Position numbers and translations under genes: made by a program
Virus record (IMG/VR): IMGVR_UViG_3300010396_000010
Span: 8,350-72,349 of that record
Reading direction: 5' to 3' (one strand)
From: a virus
DNA: 64,000 nt
Shown here: piece by piece, positions 17,633-27,428 of the stretch
How positions within the stretch are numbered: position 1 is the stretch's first letter
How the letters are laid out: every line of letters begins with the position of its first letter
Notes under the pieces: model-generated
The model's database searches: none
The model's input: only the letters and a program-made list of their open reading frames with translations
What the model was told of the DNA's origin: nothing

Positions 17633-20600
17633 TAGTACGCCTTCCCTCCGCGTGCGCCATGCTCTTGGATGCGCCCCGCTGTCTTATTCAGTTCGCGGTA
17701 GATCCCGGCGACATTTTGCACCCCATGCACATGCACCGGCCCGGTGATGATGATGGGGCGCATCGCGCCGCTCCGTTCACGGCCCGCGCCAGCACCAACG
17801 CCTCCCATCAACGCTTCTCGAATCTGGCGGTTACTCACCACTGCGCCGGGATGGGACGAGAAGAACAACTCCGGCCCCTGCTCACCCACGATGCTGATCG
17901 CATTGCCAGGGTAGTGACCGCCTTGGGCGAAACCGAGTGCGCCATGCACCGGTCCTTGGAGTGGTCCGGGCAAGACCGTATTGACCAAGTTATCAATGAT
18001 ATTCTTGATCGTGACGAGGATCGCCCCCCACAAGCCTTTCAGTTTATCGGGAACGGTTTTCGTGAAAAAGTTGCCGACGCCATCGCCAAAGTCCGTCAGC
18101 TTCTTCATCATTTCCATGAGGGCGTTGACGATCCAAGCGACCAGCCGGGTACGCAGATCATTCAATTTGCCGCTGATGTTGCCCCATATGCCGCCCACAT
18201 ACTTGCCGAAGTCCTCGGCCATCTCAATGACGTGGCCGATCACGCCCATTTTCATCAAGTCGGCGTGGTGCTTCGCCTCCGCCGCCAGTTCCTTCATGTG
18301 GGCAATGACTTTGAGCTTTTGCTCTTGCGCCTTTTTGATGGTCTGTTCCGCAGTGGCCTCAGCAGCGGTGATTTGCGCGATCTGCATTTCCAGCGCATGC
18401 CGTTTGACGGGATCTTTGGTTTCCGCCAACTCGCGGATCAGTCCCTCTTTCTGCATCCGCATATGCAGGATCACGCCCTCTGCCGACTTCTGCGCCGCGT
18501 TGATCTGATGCAGTTTCATTTCGTCGGCATGCATGCCCGCAGCAAGCGCGGCCTTCTTCGTGTCACCGGAGATGATGCCCAACAGCGCATGAAAGCCCTT
18601 GCCCACCGATTGCACCAGATGCACCACTGCCATAATCATGGCGAACTCTAAGGACAGGATGGCATGCAAAATGCTCGTGGGCAGTGTCCACAGAAAGAAC
18701 TTTGCCACGTTGCCTAACAGGCTGAGTAGTGGCCCGGTGATGAGATTCCACAGACCAGCAAAAAAGCCGAGCAGGATGCCGCCCAGCATTTGCAGCAGTC
18801 CCTTCAAAATTTGCAGAATGCCGTCCCACACGCCGTGCAGCAGTTTACCGAGATCCTTCCATGCCAGCCCCCACTTGCCCCCCAAGAGATCCAGGCCGAT
18901 CAGGATGATGCCAGAGACAATTGACCAGGCAACCTTAATGACGCCAGCGATCACATTCCAGACGCCCTTAAAGACCAACTCGATCCCAGGCCACATTGCC
19001 GCCCACAGATGGGCGAACAACATGATGCCGTTGTAGACCAGTGATCCCGGACCAAATGCCGGACCCAGGCGGGATTCGACCTGATGCACAAAATCATTGA
19101 TCGCTTTTTCGGCTTGCTTCAACTGCCCCCCGAAAAAGTTCATCAGCATATGGATGAAGGGCATGATCTTGTCTTTGTTCATCACCAGGACGGCGATCAG
19201 TCCTGCGATGGCCCCCACCAGCAAGAGGATGGGGCCAGCCGCAGCCGCGATGCCCAGGAGGGCCGGGCCCATACCCGCCAGCATTGGGCCGATGCCTGCC
19301 ACCAGCATGCCCATGATGCCGCCGCCACCACCCGCTGCTCCTGCTGCGCCACCGGCAGCGGCACCACCACCACCCAAGAGTTGTGTAAGCATGGTGCTGA
19401 TGCCACCACCACCTGCCCCGCCGCCGCCGCCGAATAGTCCCCCCAACATGCCTGTGCTGCCACTACCCGCCGCTGATCCGCCCCCCAATACACTGGATGG
19501 GAACCAGTTAAAGACACTGCTATAGGGGTTGTTGCCGCGCAACATAGTCGGGCTTGTTCCTGATCCACCACCAAGGAGTGTTTGTGGAAGGAGCGTTCGC
19601 AAGAGGGTCGGATATTGCAGTGTCCGCAAGAGGGTTCCCGATCCGCGTATCGCGGTAAGATCCTCTAATCCCGCGCCCGCATTGCCCCCATTTAAGAGCG
19701 TGTTTGGTAACAGCGTGCGCAACCATGTTGCCGGTTGAAAGGTTCGTAAGAGTGTATTCGGCAACAGCGATTGTGCTTCGTCCTCCACACCACCCGCTGC
19801 GCCACGTAACATCGTTCCCGGCAAGAGGGTACGGAGCCATGTAGGCGTAAGAAGGGTGCGTAGTGCAGTGGGTGTACCGCCTAACGTTGTGGGTGTCCCA
19901 AAGGCCGCGAAGGGACTGGTCCCAAAAGGATACGCTACGCCTGTTGGGGGACGGGGATAGAATGCCGTGTTCGGGAGATAGGGCGTGCCACCTGCTGCGC
20001 CACCACCCAGGATTTGCGTAAGCATGGTGCTGATGCCACCGCCACCAGCGCCACCACCAAAGAATCCCCCACCACCTGCGCCTCCGAAGGGGGGCGGGGG
20101 TGCGCCAGCGGGACCACCGCCGTAAGGACTACCACCACCCGCCCAAGGAAATGGCGGCATCCAGGGGCCACCCGCGCCACCTGCGCCGGGTGCGCCATGC
20201 CCTAGCGGGCCAAACAGATTCCATAAATTGCCAAGCAGCCCCATCCCGCCGCGTCCCGCCGCACCTAATCCCCCCGCATAGGCGTTATATGCACCGCCGA
20301 GCAATGGCCCCGCCAACGCGCCGGGGGTCAGTGCGCCGTGATGCTGTAGCGCCCAATTCCAGAAGGCGTTTTGTCCCGCTTGTGCCGGGCCTTGCAGCAT
20401 GCCGCCAATCATGCCCAGCGGACCACCGGACAGGAATCCCCGACCAACGCCCATCACGCCGCCTGCGAGGCCACCCAGCAGTTTGCCACCGACCTGTGCG
20501 CCAATCACGGCCAGCAGGATATGCAAGATGTCTTTGTGCTGGCCCAGCCAATGCAGCGCGTCGCCGATCTCGTGGAAGCCCTTGCCGATGTCATGGAGAA

Positions 20601-22368
20601 TCGCCCTCGCCTGTGACCCTTGCAGCCACGTGATGAAGCCGTTGAACTTGCCCAGCAGCCATTCCGCAACGGTTTTCCCAAAGGCAATGATCTGATCGCG
20701 GTGTGATTCGATATAGCCGATCAGGCGATTCAGCGCGTCCATGAACTTGCTGATCATCGACGTGGGATCAGCGGCATTGCCGACAATGGCGGTAACAACA
20801 CTGGTCCAGAAATCATGCATGCGTGTGGCGGCACCCTGCGGCGTGAGCATGGATTGCTTCTCGCCCTGCCCTGCGAAGGCGGGAGATAGGCCGATTTGCT
20901 CCAAGGCATTGAGGACCGCGCCGGGGTTCTCAATGGTTTTGCCGCCGCGCCCGCCAAACTTGACACCGTACTTTTGGAGCAGTTGCGGGCTGATGCCCAG
21001 CGCCGCCAACTGCCGTTCCAGGCCAACGGTGTTGCCCGATTCGGCTTTCTCGAAGATGCTGAGGATGCTGTTATACGCAGCGGTGGGATCTTTGCCATTG
21101 ATCAACTGCGCATTGACCATGAGGTTGCTGATCACATCGAGTAGGTTGCCGCCGCCGAGGTTCTTCGTGGGGTCTTGCCCATAGGCCATGCCCTGCGTGA
21201 TCACGCCCCACAACTGCTGAATGGTCATCTGGCTATTGGGCGCGTAGCCCTGGCCGAAGTTCACGCCGTCATAGGTGCCGCCGGTCAACCACGCCTGTAG
21301 CGCGTTCTCGCCTTCAATCGCGCCTTTCGCCGTGTTCGGATCGATGCCAAGTTTCTTGAAGAGCGCAATGATCTGATCAGTTGGTGGTGAGCCATACGGC
21401 GCTGCTCCACCCGATCCGCCGCCCGTCGAGATGAGATGTGACCGCTCCTCGTTGATGCGCTGCACCTGCTCGGCGTATTGCTGATCCTCTTTGGCAAGAT
21501 GCGCTTTGAGCTTGGCTTCTTCTTCTTTGTAGTGGCGTTCGAGGTTCGATTCTTCTTCGTCATAATGCTTTTTGAGATAGGCGAGTTGCTCTTTATATTG
21601 CGCTTGCTCTTTGGTCAACCGATCTTGGAGGCGCTGCAAGGCGAGTTGATGACTGTCGTACCCCTTCTTGTCGAGGTACTGATACATCGGTTCAATGGTG
21701 TTCTGGATATATTTCTGATAGGACGCATTCTCTGCCGTCAGTTGATTTTCCAGGGACTTGGCTTGATCGGCATGCCCGGTGGAAACCAGTGCGTCGATCT
21801 GTTGTTCCAGCGCCGTTGTTAACTGCTGATGCTGCATAGCGCGAGGATCGCCCAGCGCGACCAGGCGCTTATCAATCTGATCCTCATACGATGCGGTCAG
21901 TTGTTGCTCTTGGTCCTGGATCTGCTGCATCGCATACTGATGGCTCTCCACCAGCTTTTGCAGCGATTCATCATAACTCTCGGTGCGCTGCGCGATGGAC
22001 TCTTTGGTGTTCTCGGTCAGATCGGCTTCCTGTTGCTTGATCTGCGCCACCATGTCCGCGTGCGCCCGCGCCGCGTCCTGCGCCCGTTCCCCTAACTGCT
22101 GCAACTGATAGGCAAGGTTACTGGCCGATGAACCCGCCGCGCCCATTGATGAACTGCTATCGTCCATCGTGCCGGAGAGTGCGCCGAAGTTCTGGATGAG
22201 CGATCCGAGTCCTGCTGTCATGGTGGCCCATTGCGACGCGATGCTGGCGAAGCTGGAAACCACGCTGGATGCCGCGCTTTCCAGTTCCCCGAACGCCGCC
22301 ATCATGGCATCGACGCCCGCGACGACACCAGCCACCTGGGCATCAAAGGAAAAGACCACATTGGACAT
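17632..22368 (-). CDS. tape measure protein
   Basis: ~1580 aa, coiled coils, W/F-periodic repeats, FAQGG..VGEQGPELF C-terminus. Confidence 0.92.
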   Translation of the reverse strand: MSNVVFSFDAQVAGVVAGVDAMMAAFGELESAASSVVSSFASIASQWATMTAGLGSLIQNFGALSGTMDDSSSSMGAAGSSASNLAYQLQQLGERAQDAARAHADMVAQIKQQEADLTENTKESIAQRTESYDESLQKLVESHQYAMQQIQDQEQQLTASYEDQIDKRLVALGDPRAMQHQQLTTALEQQIDALVSTGHADQAKSLENQLTAENASYQKYIQNTIEPMYQYLDKKGYDSHQLALQRLQDRLTKEQAQYKEQLAYLKKHYDEEESNLERHYKEEEAKLKAHLAKEDQQYAEQVQRINEERSHLISTGGGSGGAAPYGSPPTDQIIALFKKLGIDPNTAKGAIEGENALQAWLTGGTYDGVNFGQGYAPNSQMTIQQLWGVITQGMAYGQDPTKNLGGGNLLDVISNLMVNAQLINGKDPTAAYNSILSIFEKAESGNTVGLERQLAALGISPQLLQKYGVKFGGRGGKTIENPGAVLNALEQIGLSPAFAGQGEKQSMLTPQGAATRMHDFWTSVVTAIVGNAADPTSMISKFMDALNRLIGYIESHRDQIIAFGKTVAEWLLGKFNGFITWLQGSQARAILHDIGKGFHEIGDALHWLGQHKDILHILLAVIGAQVGGKLLGGLAGGVMGVGRGFLSGGPLGMIGGMLQGPAQAGQNAFWNWALQHHGALTPGALAGPLLGGAYNAYAGGLGAAGRGGMGLLGNLWNLFGPLGHGAPGAGGAGGPWMPPFPWAGGGSPYGGGPAGAPPPPFGGAGGGGFFGGGAGGGGISTMLTQILGGGAAGGTPYLPNTAFYPRPPTGVAYPFGTSPFAAFGTPTTLGGTPTALRTLLTPTWLRTLLPGTMLRGAAGGVEDEAQSLLPNTLLRTFQPATWLRTLLPNTLLNGGNAGAGLEDLTAIRGSGTLLRTLQYPTLLRTLLPQTLLGGGSGTSPTMLRGNNPYSSVFNWFPSSVLGGGSAAGSGSTGMLGGLFGGGGGAGGGGISTMLTQLLGGGGAAAGGAAGAAGGGGGIMGMLVAGIGPMLAGMGPALLGIAAAAGPILLLVGAIAGLIAVLVMNKDKIMPFIHMLMNFFGGQLKQAEKAINDFVHQVESRLGPAFGPGSLVYNGIMLFAHLWAAMWPGIELVFKGVWNVIAGVIKVAWSIVSGIILIGLDLLGGKWGLAWKDLGKLLHGVWDGILQILKGLLQMLGGILLGFFAGLWNLITGPLLSLLGNVAKFFLWTLPTSILHAILSLEFAMIMAVVHLVQSVGKGFHALLGIISGDTKKAALAAGMHADEMKLHQINAAQKSAEGVILHMRMQKEGLIRELAETKDPVKRHALEMQIAQITAAEATAEQTIKKAQEQKLKVIAHMKELAAEAKHHADLMKMGVIGHVIEMAEDFGKYVGGIWGNISGKLNDLRTRLVAWIVNALMEMMKKLTDFGDGVGNFFTKTVPDKLKGLWGAILVTIKNIIDNLVNTVLPGPLQGPVHGALGFAQGGHYPGNAISIVGEQGPELFFSSHPGAVVSNRQIREALMGGVGAGAGRERSGAMRPIIITGPVHVHGVQNVAGIYRELNKTAGRIQEHGARGGKAY

Positions 22369-22385
22369 AGGACGCCTCATAGCAG

Positions 22386-22421
22386 AAAACGCCCGCACCC
22401 CCTGAACAGAGATGCGGGCGT
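22386..22421 (-). terminator. intra-operon terminator upstream of the tape measure gene
   Basis: ACGCCCGCA...TGCGGGCGT followed by a short T-tract on the minus strand. Confidence 0.6.
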
Positions 22422-22437
22422 GAGCGTGAAGTGGGGG

Positions 22438-22782
22438 CTACTCTTCGTGGGTGAAGATGTGGCCGCTGGCAATTAGCGAATCAATGATGGGGTCCAGTTC
22501 CCGCGTCACCAGGAACCGTTCGCCCCGTTTAATGCGCAGCAGGAGTGTATCGCTTGGTCCGTCATACGTCACCACCGTATGCTTCGTGCAAGCAACAGGA
22601 GGTTCGGCGGTAACAGGTTCCGCAGCCGCAGTAGGTTCCGCCTCCGGTGTGATGGCGGGCGCAGGGACCGGGACCGGGGGCGGTTCATCCATCGGTGCCG
22701 ATAACGGGTTCATCGGAGCCGTTTCCGCCTCCGCCCCCTCCGGCGTCGCTTCCGGCTGCGTTAGCAGTTCTTCGTCGTTCAT
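22438..22782 (-). CDS. P/E/A-rich hypothetical protein
   Basis: MNDEELL start; overlaps the end of the chaperone T ORF. Confidence 0.5.
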   Translation of the reverse strand: MNDEELLTQPEATPEGAEAETAPMNPLSAPMDEPPPVPVPAPAITPEAEPTAAAEPVTAEPPVACTKHTVVTYDGPSDTLLLRIKRGERFLVTRELDPIIDSLIASGHIFTHEE

Positions 22783-23137
22783 GGAATCTTCTTTCAAGGG
22801 ACCGTTTGAGTTCGTGGAGATCGCGCTTGGGGAGGACGCTGGTGAGTCCGGCAACATCGGTGACGGCGTTGGGGTTTCTGATCCACGCGGCGTCGCTATC
22901 GTCGTCTTCTTGGGCATCGCTGAGTTCCCCCACCATCTGATCGTAGAGTTCCATCCCCTTTTCGGGATCGTTGAACAACACCCCGGAGAGCATCGCCGCT
23001 TGCAGTTGCAGCCGCGCATTGAGGCGCGTCCGCGTGAGCTCATCGCGGGCATGCACTTCCAGGGCGTAGTTCATCCAATACGGGGAATGGTTGAGGCATT
23101 CATGCTCTGCGTAGCCATAGGTGCGCAGATCCGCCAT
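22685..23137 (-). CDS. tail assembly chaperone T portion (-1 frameshift product)
   Basis: Lies in the -1 frame and stays open back to the slippery site at 23230-23236. Confidence 0.7.
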   Translation of the reverse strand: MADLRTYGYAEHECLNHSPYWMNYALEVHARDELTRTRLNARLQLQAAMLSGVLFNDPEKGMELYDQMVGELSDAQEDDDSDAAWIRNPNAVTDVAGLTSVLPKRDLHELKRSLERRFHERRRTANAAGSDAGGGGGGNGSDEPVIGTDG

Positions 23138-23145
23138 CTGGCGCT

Positions 23146-23742
23146 CTAGTTGCTCGTAGAATCCAAGGTCGTGGAGGTTTCGGCTGGCGCTGGTTCTTGC
23201 ATACGGTAGATAGTCGCCAGCCGTTGCAAGTTTTTTGCGAGGCTTGGCAAGTGATTGGATTGCAGGAAATAGGTCAACGCTTCAATCAGCCAGTCCAGGG
23301 CGAAATGCTTGCGCACGAAATCGAGGGTGATGCGGGTATCCGTGTCCCGATCCAGGATCAGACGCGCCACATCTTCAATCTGGCGCTCGGAAAGGGTGCT
23401 GAGGACATCCAGCACGATCCCCATTTGATCGGTGCCATAGCCTGATTCATCGGCAAGTTGCGTCATGCGGATCTGCATGACCTGCGCTTCTTCGAGATCG
23501 GCGGCACTGATGCCCAACTGCTGCGCTAACCCCTCGCGGAACGTCAGATCCTCGGCGTCGCGTTTGGCGTGCATCGTGATCTCGGCGTTGCGCTGCGCAG
23601 CCCGCACGCGCCACCCCAGCAGGATATCTACCACGAGGTTCTTGGCGCAAAACAACTGATGCACGGTGACGGGGCCAATGGGGAACTCTTTGCCGCCCAC
23701 AACCACGCGGGGCAGGGCGGCAGTTTCGGCAGTCTTTGCCAT
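23146..23742 (-). CDS. tail assembly chaperone G
   Basis: Between major tail and tape measure genes; in-frame A AAA AAC near its end. Confidence 0.8.
   Translation of the reverse strand: MAKTAETAALPRVVVGGKEFPIGPVTVHQLFCAKNLVVDILLGWRVRAAQRNAEITMHAKRDAEDLTFREGLAQQLGISAADLEEAQVMQIRMTQLADESGYGTDQMGIVLDVLSTLSERQIEDVARLILDRDTDTRITLDFVRKHFALDWLIEALTYFLQSNHLPSLAKNLQRLATIYRMQEPAPAETSTTLDSTSN
23230..23236 (-). other. programmed -1 frameshift slippery heptamer A AAA AAC
   Basis: gcA AAA AAC ttg; the -1 frame reads without a stop into MADLRTYG. Confidence 0.8.
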
Positions 23743-23763
23743 GACGACTCTTTCTAGCAGCCT

Positions 23764-24288
23764 CTAATACTGCTCGTACACATAACCCAACTGCTGACCG
23801 GCAGCCTGGGAGGGATCAGCGAGACAATCAAACTCGACCTTGTATTCAGTGTCCTTGTCGCGGGCGAAGTTCAGCGACGCGCCCTTGGACGAGTAGACCT
23901 TGTTGAGATGCACCACAACATTGTTGGTGGTATTGTCGTTTTTCGGCACCGTCGCGTCGAAGGTGAAGATCGGCGTGTAGACACGGCCACCGAAGGTGAA
24001 CTGGTCTTTGTTGGGGGAACCGCCTGTGGTGGTCACGTCGCCCAGCCCAAAGACGCCATACGCCGCTGAAACGAGTGCCATCTGCACCTGATAGATGGTG
24101 GTTTCGATGCTGCATTCTTCCTCAGATTTGAATGCCGCAACGGGCGCAAGCGCCTGGTCGCATTTGAGCGCCATGTACTTCGGGTTGTATTTGAGGATCA
24201 TGCCGCCTTTCGATGCCCCCAGGTCTTGCGACCCCAAGAGCATTTGCGACGCGGCCCCCATGCGGAGTTTCGCGGGTGCAATAGCCAT
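23764..24288 (-). CDS. major tail tube protein
   Basis: DLGASKGG, YKVEFDCLAD; position upstream of the chaperones. Confidence 0.8.
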   Translation of the reverse strand: MAIAPAKLRMGAASQMLLGSQDLGASKGGMILKYNPKYMALKCDQALAPVAAFKSEEECSIETTIYQVQMALVSAAYGVFGLGDVTTTGGSPNKDQFTFGGRVYTPIFTFDATVPKNDNTTNNVVVHLNKVYSSKGASLNFARDKDTEYKVEFDCLADPSQAAGQQLGYVYEQY

Positions 24289-24300
24289 GAGTGTTTCTCC

Positions 24301-24732
24301 TTACCTTGGCCCGTTGCGGAGCCATTCTTCATCAGACATGTTCGCCAGAGACGGATCGTGCGCTTCGGGCAAGTCACTTTCGCGCAGCCCCAAGGTATTG
24401 AGGCGGTCGCCGCGTATGCCCTTGATCCAGTCATGGTAGGGCAGATCGGTTCTCGTGGGGCTGTAGGCATCGTAGGCCGTTGCTAGCCACTGGCCCTGGT
24501 CGATGCCCCCTTGCAGAAATTCCGTCGCCTCTTGCGCCTCCAAGAGTGTGTGGCAGCGCACGACACACCCATTGCTGGTCACGCGCTCCCAATGCTGCGG
24601 AATCTCCCGCGCAATGAGGCCAGCGGGGGTACGCAGTGCGCGAGTGGGGAGCAGCACCAAGAGGCAATAGGCGTTGGTCTTGGTGATTGGCGCGGCTTGC
24701 ACCCGCGCCGGGAGGATGAGCAGCGATCCCAT
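24301..24732 (-). CDS. hypothetical protein
   Basis: SD and operon continuity. Confidence 0.6.
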   Translation of the reverse strand: MGSLLILPARVQAAPITKTNAYCLLVLLPTRALRTPAGLIAREIPQHWERVTSNGCVVRCHTLLEAQEATEFLQGGIDQGQWLATAYDAYSPTRTDLPYHDWIKGIRGDRLNTLGLRESDLPEAHDPSLANMSDEEWLRNGPR

Positions 24733-24745
24733 CAGTGGTCCCCTT

Positions 24746-26872
24746 CTAGGCCGCGATCACCCGGACGGGTTTCAGGCGGAATTTCACGATGTCGGCGTTG
24801 GTCGCGCTGCCGGTGGTGACGGCGATGCTTTGGATGGAGGCGACATTCGGCCCCGGATTGGGTGTGGGAGTCAGCACCGTGTTGACGGTTGTCCCGCTGG
24901 GAACCGCGACGGTGAAGGTCTGCCCGGCCACGCCCAGGTTATTGGTGTAGGTGACGGTGATGGTATAGGTCGATGCGCCGATAGTGCCACCGGCATACGC
25001 TTCGACCGTGCCGCCCCCCGGTGCGGTAATGCCACCAGACTTGACGGCGAGGGACGCCGTTCCTGCCGTCAGGTTGCCGGTGCTGGCTCCGGTCGCTGTC
25101 CACACGTTGAGTGTGTCCACATTCGCGTGGGTGAAGATTTGGGCGCTGGGGATCGGCGCGGGAACGGATGTGCCGTAGCGCCGTGCGAACGCGCCGGATG
25201 CGACGTTGAGGCAGAACTGATTGAAGGCATCCGCAAAATACTGATCAACCACCAGCGTATTGTTCAATAGGTAGTTCGCCAGTCCAGTGTTTGCGGAAAC
25301 CTGACTGCATACGAAGTCCAGCGCATCCAGAATAAAGCCGGGCCCCTTTTGCAGCAACGTAGTATAGGTGATGGTCGAAAGCCAGGTAATGAGATTGCCA
25401 CTCGCCAAATTGGCTAAGGCGCTGGTACGCTGTTCAATCGTGTAGGCGGATTCCAGCACACTTTGCGCCAGGGAATCGGTGAATGACTGGATGCGCGTGA
25501 CTTCGGTGGCATAGTCGGTGTTGATGCCGGTAATGTTCGCTGGCAGCAGCGCCAGGGCATCGGTGATGGTCTGGGCAATGTTGTCACACATCGTGTTGCA
25601 TTGCGTGGTGGTAAATGTCGCCATGCTTGCTACTCCTGCGAGGTACTGATTTTTCGCCGCAACGACGGCCAGCAGCGCCGTGTCGGTGGTGTTGAGTGCG
25701 CCAACGGTGGGGTCCGTCTGCGTAATACCGGCGTCGATGCCGAAATTCACATCGGGAAATCCGGGGTTGTCATAGTTCCACAGCAATGCGCCGCCATAAT
25801 GCTGCAAACTATTGGTGGGGAAGATCTGCGTGAATAGGTCGCTAAAGAAGGCGCTACGCGGGTAGAATGGCACACCCTGGTTGGTGAGGGTGTTGCGTTT
25901 ATCGATGCCGATTTCCCCGACTACCAATGGCTTGCCCATCGTTTGCGCCCATCCCAGGTATTGCTTCAATTGCGCCTGATAGGCGGCAGCGGAGGGCCAG
26001 ATGAGCGTGCAATCCGCTACGCCATGTCCAGAACTGTTATAGCCGTTGGCGGCGTACAGGTGGAAGTCGGCGTAGTCGATGGTGGCGATGCTGTGCTGTG
26101 TCAGGAAATCCTCGCCATAGTACGTGCCATTGTGGACCGGATCAGTGTTGATATAGTCATACGCCTGATTGATGCTGCCGGTACCAAGGAGGTGGTTGCT
26201 ATCAATCCCCTTGATGAAGGCGCTGATCGTGGTCCACCAGCTCGTCATGGTCGCCAGGCGCGTAGAACTCAGCGTATTGGGGTTCGTATCGGTGCCCGCA
26301 TTGTTGTTCTGTGTGTAGCGGAACTCGTTACCAACCTCCCAGGCAAAGATCGTGGGATCGTTCTTGTAGGCGATGCCCGACACCGTGTTCGTGCGATTGA
26401 GGATCTTGGTCAGGAACGCCTCGAACAAGGTGATGATGCCCGCCGTGTCGTGGAAATTGTCGCCAAAGGTGGTGTCTAAGCTGGTCGAGTTGGCATGGTT
26501 CCAGTATTTGACATAGGTAGGCTTGCCGCCGAAATCGTCATAGTTGTTGCACAGCGTCAGGATCAGCTTCATGCCGATGCTGGCGGCGTTGGCAATCGCA
26601 TTGTCCAGAAAGACAAAGGCCGACTCGTTCCACGATCCGCCATTCAAGCCATATTGCATCAGCCCTGCTTGTGGGCTGGCGTTGAAAGCGTTGCCATAGG
26701 CCCAGGTGCGAACGACGGTTGCGCCATATCGCTGCATCTCTTGGAGGCGCGAGAGTTGCAGCGAGGAACTATTGGTTCCGGTCACGCCCAGATCATAGGC
26801 GTTGAAGCCGATAAACGGGAAACGCTGACTATTCAGCCAAAATTGGCCGTTGATGGCGCGAACGAATGCCAT
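24746..26872 (-). CDS. GH5 beta-mannanase-like domain fused to a putative virion domain
   Basis: GFNAY, VVRTWAY, YKNDPTIFAWEVGNE (acid/base), DFHLY, KPLVVGEIG (nucleophile); ~290-aa C-terminal T/A/G-rich domain. Confidence 0.88.
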   Translation of the reverse strand: MAFVRAINGQFWLNSQRFPFIGFNAYDLGVTGTNSSSLQLSRLQEMQRYGATVVRTWAYGNAFNASPQAGLMQYGLNGGSWNESAFVFLDNAIANAASIGMKLILTLCNNYDDFGGKPTYVKYWNHANSTSLDTTFGDNFHDTAGIITLFEAFLTKILNRTNTVSGIAYKNDPTIFAWEVGNEFRYTQNNNAGTDTNPNTLSSTRLATMTSWWTTISAFIKGIDSNHLLGTGSINQAYDYINTDPVHNGTYYGEDFLTQHSIATIDYADFHLYAANGYNSSGHGVADCTLIWPSAAAYQAQLKQYLGWAQTMGKPLVVGEIGIDKRNTLTNQGVPFYPRSAFFSDLFTQIFPTNSLQHYGGALLWNYDNPGFPDVNFGIDAGITQTDPTVGALNTTDTALLAVVAAKNQYLAGVASMATFTTTQCNTMCDNIAQTITDALALLPANITGINTDYATEVTRIQSFTDSLAQSVLESAYTIEQRTSALANLASGNLITWLSTITYTTLLQKGPGFILDALDFVCSQVSANTGLANYLLNNTLVVDQYFADAFNQFCLNVASGAFARRYGTSVPAPIPSAQIFTHANVDTLNVWTATGASTGNLTAGTASLAVKSGGITAPGGGTVEAYAGGTIGASTYTITVTYTNNLGVAGQTFTVAVPSGTTVNTVLTPTPNPGPNVASIQSIAVTTGSATNADIVKFRLKPVRVIAA

Positions 26873-26879
26873 AGGAACC

Positions 26880-27428
26880 TCACGAACGCAATTCTTTGGT
26901 GTACACCACAAAGATCGCGTGATAGGGAATGACGACGCTCGGCAACTGCATCCCTGGCATGAGCGTTTTGGCGAAGGCGACGGTGGACGCGCCGACTGCG
27001 CGCGGGATGCCGCCGAAGATATACTGGTTGCGCTCGATGAGTTTCTTGGCTGCCGCCATTAGTCGCCCGGTGGTCATTTCCGCATCTTCGGGCAACTTGG
27101 CATTGCCAAAGATGCTGAGGCCGATCTGATGCTGGCCGCTCACGAAATCGAACTCCTGGTCCTTTTCGGGATACTCCGAGGTCAGATGATAGACATACGC
27201 GACCGGGTAGGTGCCACCCGGTTTGCGCGGTGGTTCGCTCATCTCCACCCGTTTGAACGGTTCCAGCACCAGGGGATGATCGAGTTTGAGTGGCGTCACC
27301 ACGCCGTTGAGATCCTTGGCATTGACCATGACGCCAGAGCGAAAATCTTGCTCATAGGCGTCCAGTTCCGCCTTCATGGCGGGGGACAGCAGCAGGTTCT
27401 TGGTGATTTCGATGATTTGCGTATACAT
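26880..27428 (-). CDS. putative tail terminator
   Basis: Position; TYPVAYV motif. Confidence 0.5.
   Translation of the reverse strand: MYTQIIEITKNLLLSPAMKAELDAYEQDFRSGVMVNAKDLNGVVTPLKLDHPLVLEPFKRVEMSEPPRKPGGTYPVAYVYHLTSEYPEKDQEFDFVSGQHQIGLSIFGNAKLPEDAEMTTGRLMAAAKKLIERNQYIFGGIPRAVGASTVAFAKTLMPGMQLPSVVIPYHAIFVVYTKELRS

Noticed and set aside
19380-20050. Tape-measure direct repeats as a diversity-generating retroelement TR/VR pair
   Set aside because: Only ~30 bp long, no adenine-specific pattern and no reverse transcriptase in the window
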